DNA of 64,000 bases, from contig OZ059900.1 in assembly GCA_964057225.1 (NCBI GenBank), forward strand, positions 17,918,001 to 17,982,000, given 5' to 3'. The notes below the pieces were generated by a model, which was not told the origin of the DNA, did not search any database, and saw nothing but the letters and a program-made list of their open reading frames with translations. Source of the stretch: Auanema rhodensis. Its lineage: Eukaryota; Animalia; Nematoda. Of the stretch, positions 40,701 through 53,100 are shown in pieces. Position numbers and translations under genes: made by a program. Positions within the stretch are counted from its first letter, which is position 1; every line of letters starts with the position of its first letter.

Positions 40701-43700
40701 TGGGAAATACTGTGTTTTTGTATTTTTCTAGTGTTCAGCATGTAAAATGCTTCATTTTAGTATGTAACACGCTGAAATTCGTTGCATTTGACTACTCATA
40801 TGAACAAAAATCGATTTAATCAATATTAGCCATAAGGGGCGTGCCCTCAGAATATGCTAATTTCCTTAATTTTCTAACCCCTGTTTTTTTGTCGTGAAAG
40901 TGGAACTAGACGTTGTACGAACAATTTTGAGCTAGGTTTCATTGACATTGCATGAGTTTGAACACATGAAATCGTAAGTCAAAACCTTGTTTACAGCGAA
41001 AATTCCAAAAACTGGTTTTCCAGCATAATAAAATATTTCTCATGGGAAATACTGTGTTTTTGTATTTTTCTAGTGTTCAGCATGTAAAATGCTTCATTTT
41101 AGTATGTAACACGCTGAAATTCGTTGCATTTGACGACTCATATGAACAAAAATCGATTTAATCAATATTAGCCATAAGGGGCGTGCCCTCAGAATATGCT
41201 AATTTCCTTAATTTTCTAACCCCTGTTTTTTTGTCGTGAAAGTGGAATTAGACGTTGTAGGAACAATTTTGAGCTAGGTTTCATTGACATTGCATGAGTT
41301 TGAACACATGAAATCGTAAGTCAAAACCTTGTTTACAGCGAAATTTCCAAAAACTGGTTTTCCAGCATAATAAAATATTTCTCATGGGAAATACTGTGTT
41401 TTTGTATTTTTCTAGTGTTCAGCATGTAAAATACTCCATTATAGTATGTAACACGCTGAAATTCGTTGCATTTGACGACTCATATGAACAAAAATCGATT
41501 TAATCAATATAAGCCATAAGGGGCGTGCCCTCAGAATATGCTAATTTCCTTAATTTTCTAACCCCTGTTTTTTGTCGTGAAAGTGGAACTAGACGTTGTA
41601 GGAACAATTTTGAGCTAGGTTTCATTGACATTGCATGAGTTTGAACACATGAAATCGTAAGTCAAAACCTTGTTTACAGCGAAATTTCCAAAAACTGGTT
41701 TTCCAGCATAATAAAATATTTCTCATGGGAAATACTGTGTTTTTGTATTTTTATAGTGTTCAGCATGTAAAATGCTTCATTTTAGTATGTAACACGCTGA
41801 AATTCGTTGCATTTGACGACTCATATGAACAAAAATCGATTTAATCAATATTAGCCATAAGAGGCGTGCCCTCAGAATATGCTAATTTCCTTAATTTTCT
41901 AACCCCTGTTTTTTTGTCGTGAAAGTGGAACTAGACGTTGTAGGAACAATTTTGAGCTAGGTTTCATTGACATTGCATGAGTTTGAACACATGAAATCGT
42001 AAGTCAAAAACTTGTTTACAGCGAAATTTCCAAAAACTGGTTTTCCAGCATAATAAAATATTTCTCATGGGAAATACTGTGTTTTTGTATTTTTCTAGTG
42101 TTCAGCATGTGAAATGCTTCATTTTAGTATGTAACACGCTGAAATTCGTTGCATTTGACGACTCATATGAACAAAAATCGATTTAATCAATATTAGCCAT
42201 AAGGGGCGTGCCCTCAGAATATGCTAATTTCCTAAATTTTCTAACCCCTGTTTTTTTGTCGTGAAAGTGGAACTAGACGTTGTACGAACAATTTTGAGCT
42301 AGGTTTCATTGACATTGCATGAGTTTGAACACATGAAATCGTAAGTCAAAACCTTGTTTACAGCGAAATTTCCAAAACCTGGTTTTCCAGCATAATAAAA
42401 TATTTCTCATGGGAAATACTGTGTTTTTGTATTTTTCTAGTGTTCAGCATGTAAAATGCTTCATTTTAGTATGTAACACGCTGAAATTCGTTGCATTTGA
42501 CGACTCATATGAACAAAAATCGATTTAATCAATATTAGCCATAAGGGGCGTGCCCTCAGAATATGCTAATTTCCTTAATTTTCTAACCCCTGTTTTTTTT
42601 GTCGTGAAAGTGGAACTAGACGTTGTAGGAACAATTTTGAGCTAGGTTTCATTGACATTGCATGAGTTTGAACACATGAAATCGTAAGTCAAAACCTTGT
42701 TTACAGCGAAATTTCCAAAAACTGGTTTTCCAGCATAATAAAATATTTCTCATGGGAAATACTGTGTTTTTGTATTTTTATAGTGTTCAGCATGTAAAAT
42801 GCTTCATTTTAGTATGTAACACGCTGAAATTCGTTGCATTTGACGACTCATATGAACAAAAATCGATTTAATCAATATTAGCCATAAGAGGCGTGCCCTC
42901 AGAATATGCTAATTTCCTTAATTTTCTAACCCCTGTTTTTTGTCGTGAAAGTGGAACTAGACGTTGTAGGAACAATTTTGAGCTAGGTTTCATTGACATT
43001 GCATGAGTTTGAACACATGAAATCGTAAGTCAAAACCTTGTTTACAGCGAAATTTCCAAAAACTGGTTTTCCAGCATAATAAAATATTTCTCATGGGAAA
43101 TACTGTGTTTTTGTATTTTTCTAGTGTTCAGCATGTAAAATGCTTCATTTTAGTATGTAACACGCTGAAATTCGTTGCATTTGACGACTCATATGAACAA
43201 AAATCGATTTAATCAATATTAGCCATAAGGGGCGTGCCCTCAGAATATGCTAATTTCCTAAATTTTCTAACCCCTGTTTTTTTGTCGTGAAAGTGGAACT
43301 AGACGTTGTACGAACAATTTTGAGCTAGGTTTCATTGACATTGCATGAGTTTGAACACATGAAATCGTAAGTCAAAACCTTGTTTACAGCGAAATTTCCA
43401 AAACCTGGTTTTCCAGCATAATAAAATATTTCTCATGGGAAATACTGTGTTTTTGTATTTTTCTAGTGTTCAGCATGTAAAATGCTTCATTTTAGTATGT
43501 AACACGCTGAAATTCGTTGCATTTGACGACTCATATGAACAAAAATCGATTTAATCAATATTAGCCATAAGAGGCGTGCCCTCAGAATATGCTAATTTCC
43601 TTAATTTTCTAACCCCTGTTTTTTGTCGTGAAAGTGGAACTAGACGTTGTAGGAACAATTTTGAGCTAGGTTTCATTGACATTGCATGAGTTTGAACACA

Positions 43701-46700
43701 TGAAATCGTAAGTCAAAACCTTGTTTACAGCGAAATTTCCAAAAACTGGTTTTCCAGCATAATAAAATATTTCTCATGGGAAATACTGTGTTTTTGTATT
43801 TTTCTAGTGTTCAGCATGTAAAATGCTTCATTTTAGTATGTAACACGCTGAAATTCGTTGCATTTGACGACTCATATGAACAAAAATCGATTTAATCAAT
43901 ATTAGCCATAAGGGGCGTGCCCTCAGAATATGCTAATTTCCTTAATTTTCTAACCCCTGTTTTTTTTGTCGTGAAAGTGGAACTAGACGTTGTAGGAACA
44001 ATTTTGAGCTAGGTTTCATTGACATTGCATGAGTTTGAACACATGAAATCGTAAGTCAAAACCTTGTTTACAGCGAAATTTCCAAAAACTGGTTTTCCAG
44101 CATAATAAAATATTTCTCATGGGAAATACTGTGTTTTTGTATTTTTATAGTGTTCAGCATGTAAAATGCTTCATTTTAGTATGTAACACGCTGAAATTCG
44201 TTGCATTTGACGACTCATATGAACAAAAATCGATTTAATCAATATTAGCCATAAGAGGCGTGCCCTCAGAATATGCTAATTTCCTTAATTTTCTAACCCC
44301 TGTTTTTTGTCGTGAAAGTGGAACTAGACGTTGTAGGAACAATTTTGAGCTAGGTTTCATTGACATTGCATGAGTTTGAACACATGAAATCGTAAGTCAA
44401 AACCTTGTTTACAGCGAAATTTCCAAAAACTGGTTTTCCAGCATAATAAAATATTTCTCATGGGAAATACTGTGTTTTTGTATTTTTATAGTGTTCAGCA
44501 TGTAAAATGCTTCATTTTAGTATGTAACACGCTGAAATTCGTTGCATTTGACGACTCATATGAACAAAAATCGATTTAATCAATATTAGCCATAAGAGGC
44601 GTGCCCTCAGAATATGCTAATTTCCTTAATTTTCTAACCCTGTTTTTTTGTCGTGAAAGTGGAACTAGACGTTGTAGGAACAATTTTGAGCTAGGTTTCA
44701 TTGACATTGCATGAGTTTGAACACATGAAATCGTAAGTCAAAAACTTGTTTACAGCGAAATTTCCAAAAACTGGTTTTCCAGCATAATAAAATATTTCTC
44801 ATGGGAAATACTGTGTTTTTGTATTTTTCTAGTGTTCAGCATGTGAAATGCTTCATTTTAGTATGTAACACGCTGAAATTCGTTGCATTTGACGACTCAT
44901 ATGAACAAAAATCGATTTAATCAATATTAGCCATAAGGGGCGTGCCCTCAGAATATGCTAATTTCCTAAATTTTCTAACCCCTGTTTTTTTGTCGTGAAA
45001 GTGGAACTAGACGTTGTACGAACAATTTTGAGCTAGGTTTCATTGACATTGCATGAGTTTGAACACATGAAATCGTAAGTCAAAACCTTGTTTACAGCGA
45101 AATTTCCAAAACCTGGTTTTCCAGCATAATAAAATATTTCTCATGGGAAATACTGTGTTTTTGTATTTTTCTAGTGTTCAGCATGTAAAATGCTTCATTT
45201 TAGTATGTAACACGCTGAAATTCGTTGCATTTGACGACTCATATGAACAAAAATCGATTTAATCAATATTAGCCATAAGGGGCGTGCCCTCAGAATATGC
45301 TAATTTCCTTAATTTTCTAACCCCTGTTTTTTTTGTCGTGAAAGTGGAACTAGACGTTGTAGGAACAATTTTGAGCTAGGTTTCATTGACATTGCATGAG
45401 TTTGAACACATGAAATCGTAAGTCAAAACCTTGTTTACAGCGAAATTTCCAAAAACTGGTTTTCCAGCATAATAAAATATTTCTCATGGGAAATACTGTG
45501 TTTTTGTATTTTTATAGTGTTCAGCATGTAAAATGCTTCATTTTAGTATGTAACACGCTGAAATTCGTTGCATTTGACGACTCATATGAACAAAAATCGA
45601 TTTAATCAATATTAGCCATAAGAGGCGTGCCCTCAGAATATGCTAATTTCCTTAATTTTCTAACCCCTGTTTTTTGTCGTGAAAGTGGAACTAGACGTTG
45701 TAGGAACAATTTTGAGCTAGGTTTCATTGACATTGCATGAGTTTGAACACATGAAATCGTAAGTCAAAACCTTGTTTACAGCGAAATTTCCAAAAACTGG
45801 TTTTCCAGCATAATAAAATATTTCTCATGGGAAATACTGTGTTTTTGTATTTTTATAGTGTTCAGCATGTAAAATGCTTCATTTTAGTATGTAACACGCT
45901 GAAATTCGTTGCATTTGACGACTCATATGAACAAAAATCGATTTAATCAATATTAGCCATAAGAGGCGTGCCCTCAGAATATGCTAATTTCCTTAATTTT
46001 CTAACCCCTGTTTTTTTGTCGTGAAAGTGGAACTAGACGTTGTAGGAACAATTTTGAGCTAGGTTTCATTGACATTGCATGAGTTTGAACACATGAAATC
46101 GTAAGTCAAAAACTTGTTTACAGCGAAATTTCCAAAAACTGGTTTTCCAGCATAATAAAATATTTCTCATGGGAAATACTGTGTTTTTGTATTTTTCTAG
46201 TGTTCAGCATGTGAAATGCTTCATTTTAGTATGTAACACGCTGAAATTCGTTGCATTTGACGACTCATATGAACAAAAATCGATTTAATCAATATTAGCC
46301 ATAAGGGGCGTGCCCTCAGAATATGCTAATTTCCTAAATTTTCTAACCCCTGTTTTTTTGTCGTGAAAGTGGAACTAGACGTTGTACGAACAATTTTGAG
46401 CTAGGTTTCATTGACATTGCATGAGTTTGAACACATGAAATCGTAAGTCAAAACCTTGTTTACAGCGAAATTTCCAAAACCTGGTTTTCCAGCATAATAA
46501 AATATTTCTCATGGGAAATACTGTGTTTTTGTATTTTTCTAGTGTTCAGCATGTAAAATGCTTCATTTTAGTATGTAACACGCTGAAATTCGTTGCATTT
46601 GACTACTCATATGAACAAAAATCGATTTAATCAATATTAGCCATAAGGGGCGTGCCCTCAGAATATGCTAATTTCCTTAATTTTCTAACCCCTGTTTTTT

Positions 46701-49700
46701 TGTCGTGAAAGTGGAACTAGACGTTGTACGAACAATTTTGAGCTAGGTTTCATTGACATTGCATGAGTTTGAACACATGAAATCGTAAGTCAAAACCTTG
46801 TTTACAGCGAAAATTCCAAAAACTGGTTTTCCAGCATAATAAAATATTTCTCATGGGAAATACTGTGTTTTTGTATTTTTCTAGTGTTCAGCATGTAAAA
46901 TGCTTCATTTTAGTATGTAACACGCTGAAATTCGTTGCATTTGACGACTCATATGAACAAAAATCGATTTAATCAATATTAGCCATAAGGGGCGTGCCCT
47001 CAGAATATGCTAATTTCCTTAATTTTCTAACCCCTGTTTTTTTGTCGTGAAAGTGGAATTAGACGTTGTAGGAACAATTTTGAGCTAGGTTTCATTGACA
47101 TTGCATGAGTTTGAACACATGAAATCGTAAGTCAAAACCTTGTTTACAGCGAAATTTCCAAAAACTGGTTTTCCAGCATAATAAAATATTTCTCATGGGA
47201 AATACTGTGTTTTTGTATTTTTCTAGTGTTCAGCATGTAAAATACTCCATTATAGTATGTAACACGTTGAAATTCGTTGCATTTGACGACTCATATGAAC
47301 AAAAATCGATTTAATCAATATAAGCCATAAGGGGCGTGCCCTCAGAATATGCTAATTTCCTTAATTTTCTAACCCCTGTTTTTTGTCGTGAAAGTGGAAC
47401 TAGACGTTGTAGGAACAATTTTGAGCTAGGTTTCATTGACATTGCATGAGTTTGAACACATGAAATCGTAAGTCAAAACCTTGTTTACAGCGAAATTTCC
47501 AAAAACTGGTTTTCCAGCATAATAAAATATTTCTCATGGGAAATACTGTGTTTTTGTATTTTTATAGTGTTCAGCATGTAAAATGCTTCATTTTAGTATG
47601 TAACACGCTGAAATTCGTTGCATTTGACGACTCATATGAACAAAAATCGATTTAATCAATATTAGCCATAAGAGGCGTGCCCTCAGAATATGCTAATTTC
47701 CTTAATTTTCTAACCCCTGTTTTTTTGTCGTGAAAGTGGAACTAGACGTTGTAGGAACAATTTTGAGCTAGGTTTCATTGACATTGCATGAGTTTGAACA
47801 CATGAAATCGTAAGTCAAAAACTTGTTTACAGCGAAATTTCCAAAAACTGGTTTTCCAGCATAATAAAATATTTCTCATGGGAAATACTGTGTTTTTGTA
47901 TTTTTCTAGTGTTCAGCATGTGAAATGCTTCATTTTAGTATGTAACACGCTGAAATTCGTTGCATTTGACGACTCATATGAACAAAAATCGATTTAATCA
48001 ATATTAGCCATAAGGGGCGTGCCCTCAGAATATGCTAATTTCCTAAATTTTCTAACCCCTGTTTTTTTGTCGTGAAAGTGGAACTAGACGTTGTACGAAC
48101 AATTTTGAGCTAGGTTTCATTGACATTGCATGAGTTTGAACACATGAAATCGTAAGTCAAAACCTTGTTTACAGCGAAATTTCCAAAACCTGGTTTTCCA
48201 GCATAATAAAATATTTCTCATGGGAAATACTGTGTTTTTGTATTTTTCTAGTGTTCAGCATGTAAAATGCTTCATTTTAGTATGTAACACGCTGAAATTC
48301 GTTGCATTTGACGACTCATATGAACAAAAATCGATTTAATCAATATTAGCCATAAGGGGCGTGCCCTCAGAATATGCTAATTTCCTTAATTTTCTAACCC
48401 CTGTTTTTTTTGTCGTGAAAGTGGAACTAGACGTTGTAGGAACAATTTTGAGCTAGGTTTCATTGACATTGCATGAGTTTGAACACATGAAATCGTAAGT
48501 CAAAACCTTGTTTACAGCGAAATTTCCAAAAACTGGTTTTCCAGCATAATAAAATATTTCTCATGGGAAATACTGTGTTTTTGTATTTTTATAGTGTTCA
48601 GCATGTAAAATGCTTCATTTTAGTATGTAACACGCTGAAATTCGTTGCATTTGACGACTCATATGAACAAAAATCGATTTAATCAATATTAGCCATAAGA
48701 GGCGTGCCCTCAGAATATGCTAATTTCCTTAATTTTCTAACCCCTGTTTTTTGTCGTGAAAGTGGAACTAGACGTTGTAGGAACAATTTTGAGCTAGGTT
48801 TCATTGACATTGCATGAGTTTGAACACATGAAATCGTAAGTCAAAACCTTGTTTACAGCGAAATTTCCAAAAACTGGTTTTCCAGCATAATAAAATATTT
48901 CTCATGGGAAATACTGTGTTTTTGTATTTTTATAGTGTTCAGCATGTAAAATGCTTCATTTTAGTATGTAACACGCTGAAATTCGTTGCATTTGACGACT
49001 CATATGAACAAAAATCGATTTAATCAATATTAGCCATAAGAGGCGTGCCCTCAGAATATGCTAATTTCCTTAATTTTCTAACCCCTGTTTTTTTGTCGTG
49101 AAAGTGGAACTAGACGTTGTAGGAACAATTTTGAGCTAGGTTTCATTGACATTGCATGAGTTTGAACACATGAAATCGTAAGTCAAAAACTTGTTTACAG
49201 CGAAATTTCCAAAACCTGGTTTTCCAGCATAATAAAATATTTCTCATTGGAAATACTGTGTTTTTGTATTTTTCTAGTGTTCAGCATGTAAAATGCTTCA
49301 TTTTAGTATGTAACACGCTGAAATTCGTTGCATTTGACGACTCATATGAACAAAAATCGATTTAATCAATATTAGCCATAAGGGGCGTGCCCTCAGAATA
49401 TGCTAATTTCCTTAATTTTCTAACCCCTGTTTTTTTGTCGTGAAAGTGGAACTAGACGTTGTACGAACAATTTTGAGCTAGGTTTCATTGACATTGCATG
49501 AGTTTGAACACATGAAATCGTAAGTCAAAACCTTGTTTACAGCGAAAATTCCAAAAACTGGTTTTCCAGCATAATAAAATATTTCTCATGGGAAATACTG
49601 TGTTTTTGTATTTTTCTAGTGTTCAGCATGTAAAATGCTTCATTTTAGTATGTAACACGCTGAAATTCGTTGCATTTGACGACTCATATGAACAAAAATC

Positions 49701-50120
49701 GATTTAATCAATATTAGCCATAAGGGGCGTGCCCTCAGAATATGCTAATTTCCTTAATTTTCTAACCCCTGTTTTTTTGTCGTGAAAGTGGAACTAGACG
49801 TTGTACGAACAATTTTGAGCTAGGTTTCATTGACATTGCATGAGTTTGAACACATGAAATCGTAAGTCAAAACCTTGTTTACAGCGAAAATTCCAAAAAC
49901 TGGTTTTCCAGCATAATAAAATATTTCTCATGGGAAATACTGTGTTTTTGTATTTTTCTAGTGTTCAGCATGTAAAATACTTCATTTTAGTATGTAACAC
50001 GCTGAAATTCGTTGCATTTGACGACTCATATGAACAAAAATCGATTTAATCAATATTAGCCATAAGGGGCGTGCCCTCAGAATATGCTAATTTCCTAAAT
50101 TTTCTAACCCCTGTTTTTTT
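34734..50120 (+). repeat. Variant domain 2 of the array (4-mer higher-order repeat region)
   Basis: Markers ATAAGAGG, GTCAAAAACTT, CCAAAACCTGG and T8 tracts occur only here. Boundaries are approximate to one or two monomers. Confidence 0.85.
38156..49436 (+). repeat. Recurrent 4-mer higher-order repeat (1368 bp) nested in a ~5811-bp offset duplication
   Basis: 4-mer starts at 38156, 39524, 43968 and 45335, with partial copies at 41574, 47385 and 48412. The rare CGAAAATT monomer starts at 40891 and 46702. Confidence 0.85.
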
Positions 50121-53100
50121 GTCGTGAAAGTGGAACCAGACGTTGTACGAACAATTTTGAGCTAGGTTTCATTGACATTGCATGAGTTTGAACACATGAA
50201 ATCGTATGTCAAAACCTTGTTTACAGCGAAATTTCCAAAAACTGGTTTTCCAGCATAATAAAATATTTCTCATGGGAAATACTGTGTTTTTGTATTTTTC
50301 TAGTGTTCAGCATGTAAAATGCTTCATTTTAGTATGTAACACGCTGAAATTCGTTGCATTTGACGACTCATATGAACAAAAATCGATTTAATCAATATTA
50401 GCCATAAGGGGCGTGCCCTCAGAATATGCTAATTTCCTAAATTTTCTAACCCCTGTTTTTTTGTCGTGAAAGTGGAACCAGACGTTGTACGAACAATTTT
50501 GAGCTAGGTTTCATTGACATTGCATGAGTTTGAACACATGAAATCGTATGTCAAAACCTTGTTTACAGCGAAATTTCCAAAAACTGGTTTTCCAGCATAA
50601 TAAAATATTTCTCATGGGAAATACTGTGTTTTTGTATTTTTCTAGTGTTCAGCATGTAAAATGCTTCATTTTAGTATGTAACACGCTGAAATTCGTTGCA
50701 TTTGACGACTCATATGAACAAAAATCGATTTAATCAATATTAGCCATAAGGGGCGTGCCCTCAGAATATGCTAATTTCCTTAATTTTCTAACCCCTGTTT
50801 TTTTGTCGTGAAAGTGGAACTAGACGTTGTACGAACAATTTTGAGCTAGGTTTCATTGACATTGCATGAGTTTGAACACATGAAATCGTAAGTCAAAACC
50901 TTGTTTACAGCGAAAATTCCAAAAACTGGTTTTCCAGCATAATAAAATATTTCTCATGGGAAATACTGTGTTTTTGTATTTTTCTAGTGTTCAGCATGTA
51001 AAATGCTTCATTTCAGTATGTAACACGCTGAAATTCGTTGCATTTGACTACTCATATGAACAAAAATCGATTTAATCAATATTAGCCATAAGGGGCGTGC
51101 CCTCAGAATATGCTAATTTCCTTAATTTTCTAACCCCTGTTTTTTTGTCGTGAAAGTGGAACTAGACGTTGTACAAACAATTTTGAGCTAGGTTTCATTG
51201 ACATTGCATGAGTTTGAACACATGAAATCGTAAGTCAAAACCTTGTTTACAGCGAAATTTCCAAAAACTGGTTTTCCAGCATAATAAAATATTTCTCATG
51301 AGAAATACTGTGTTTTTGTATTTTTCTAGTGTTCAGCATGTAAAATGCTTCATTTTAGTATGTAACACGATGAAATTCGTTGCATTTGACGACTCATATG
51401 AACAAAAATCGATTTAATCAATATTAGCCATAAGGGGCGTGCCCTCAGAATATGCTGATTTCATTAATTTTCTAACCCCCGTTTTTTTGTCGTGAAAGTG
51501 GAACTAGACGTTGAAGGAACAATTTTGAGCTAGGTTTCATTGACATTGCATGAGTTTGAACACATGAAATCGTAAGTCAAAACCTTGTTTACAGCGAAAT
51601 TTCCAAAAACTGGTTTTCCAGCATAATAAAATATTTCTCATGGGAAATACTGTGTTTTTGTATTTTTCTAGTGTTCAGCATGTAAAATGCTTCTTTTTAG
51701 TATGTAACACGCTGAAATTCGTTGCATTTGACGACTCATATGAACAAAAATCGATTTAATCAATATTAGCCATAAGGGGCGTGCCCTCAGAATATGCTAA
51801 TTTCCTAAATTTTCTAACCCCTGTTTTTTTGTCGTGAAAGTGGAACCAGACGTTGTACGAACAATTTTGAGCTAGGTTTCATTGACATTGCATGAGTTTG
51901 AACACATGAAATCGTATGTCAAAACCTTGTTTACAGCGAAATTTCCAAAAACTGGTTTTCCAGCATAATAAAATATTTCTCATGGGAAATACTGTGTTTT
52001 TGTATTTTTCTAGTGTTCAGCATGTAAAATGCTTCATTTTAGTATGTAACACGCTGAAATTCGTTGCATTTGACGACTCATATGAACAAAAATCGATTTA
52101 ATCAATATTAGCCATAAGGGGCGTGCCCTCAGAATATGCTAATTTCCTTAATTTTCTAACCCCTGTTTTTTTGTCGTGAAAGTGGAACTAGACGTTGTAC
52201 GAACAATTTTGAGCTAGGTTTCATTGACATTGCATGAGTTTGAACACATGAAATCGTAAGTCAAAACCTTGTTTACAGCGAAATTTCCAAAAACTGGTTT
52301 TCCAGCATAATAAAATATTTCTCATGGGAAATACTGTGTTTTTGTATTTTTCTAGTGTTCAGCATGTAAAATGCTTCATTTCAGTATGTAACACGATGAA
52401 ATTCGTTGCATTTGACGACTCATATGAACAAAAATCGATTTAATCAATATTAGCCATAAGGGGCGTGCCCTCAGAATATGCTGATTTCATTAATTTTCTA
52501 ACCCCCGTTTTTTTGTCGTGAAAGTGGAACTAGACGTTGAAGGAACAATTTTGAGCTAGGTTTCATTGACATTGCATGAGTTTGAACACATGAAATCGTA
52601 AGTCAAAACCTTGTTTACAGCGAAATTTCCAAAAACTGGTTTTCCAGCATAATAAAATATTTCTCATGGGAAATACTGTGTTTTTGTATTTTTCTACTGT
52701 TCAGCATGTAAAATGTTTCATTTTAGTATTTAACACGCTGAAATTCGTTGCATTTGACGACTCATATGAACAAAAATCGATTTAATCAATATTAGCCATA
52801 AGGGGCGTGCCCTCAGAATATGCTAATTTCCTTAATTTTCTAACCCCTGTTTTTTTGTCGTGAAAGTGGAAACAGACGTTGTACAAACAATTTTGAGCTA
52901 GGTTTCATTGACATTGCATGAGTTTGAACACATGAAATCGTAAGTCAAAACCTTGTTTACAGCGAAATTTCCAATAACTGGTTTTCCAGCATAATAAAAT
53001 ATTTCTCATGAGAAATACTGTGTTTTTGTATTTTTCTAGTGTTCAGCATGTAAAATGCTTCATTTTAGTATGTAACACGATGAAATTCGTTGCATTTGAC

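Noticed and set aside
50206-52101. Three identical 61-aa ORFs (50206-50391, 50548-50733, 51916-52101)
   Set aside because: They are created by one A>T variant (CGTAAG>CGTATG) in front of a stop-free frame present in ordinary monomers. The peptide has no recognisable domain, and other monomers carry in-frame stops (e.g. TTC ATT TAA). There is no evidence of coding function without expression data.
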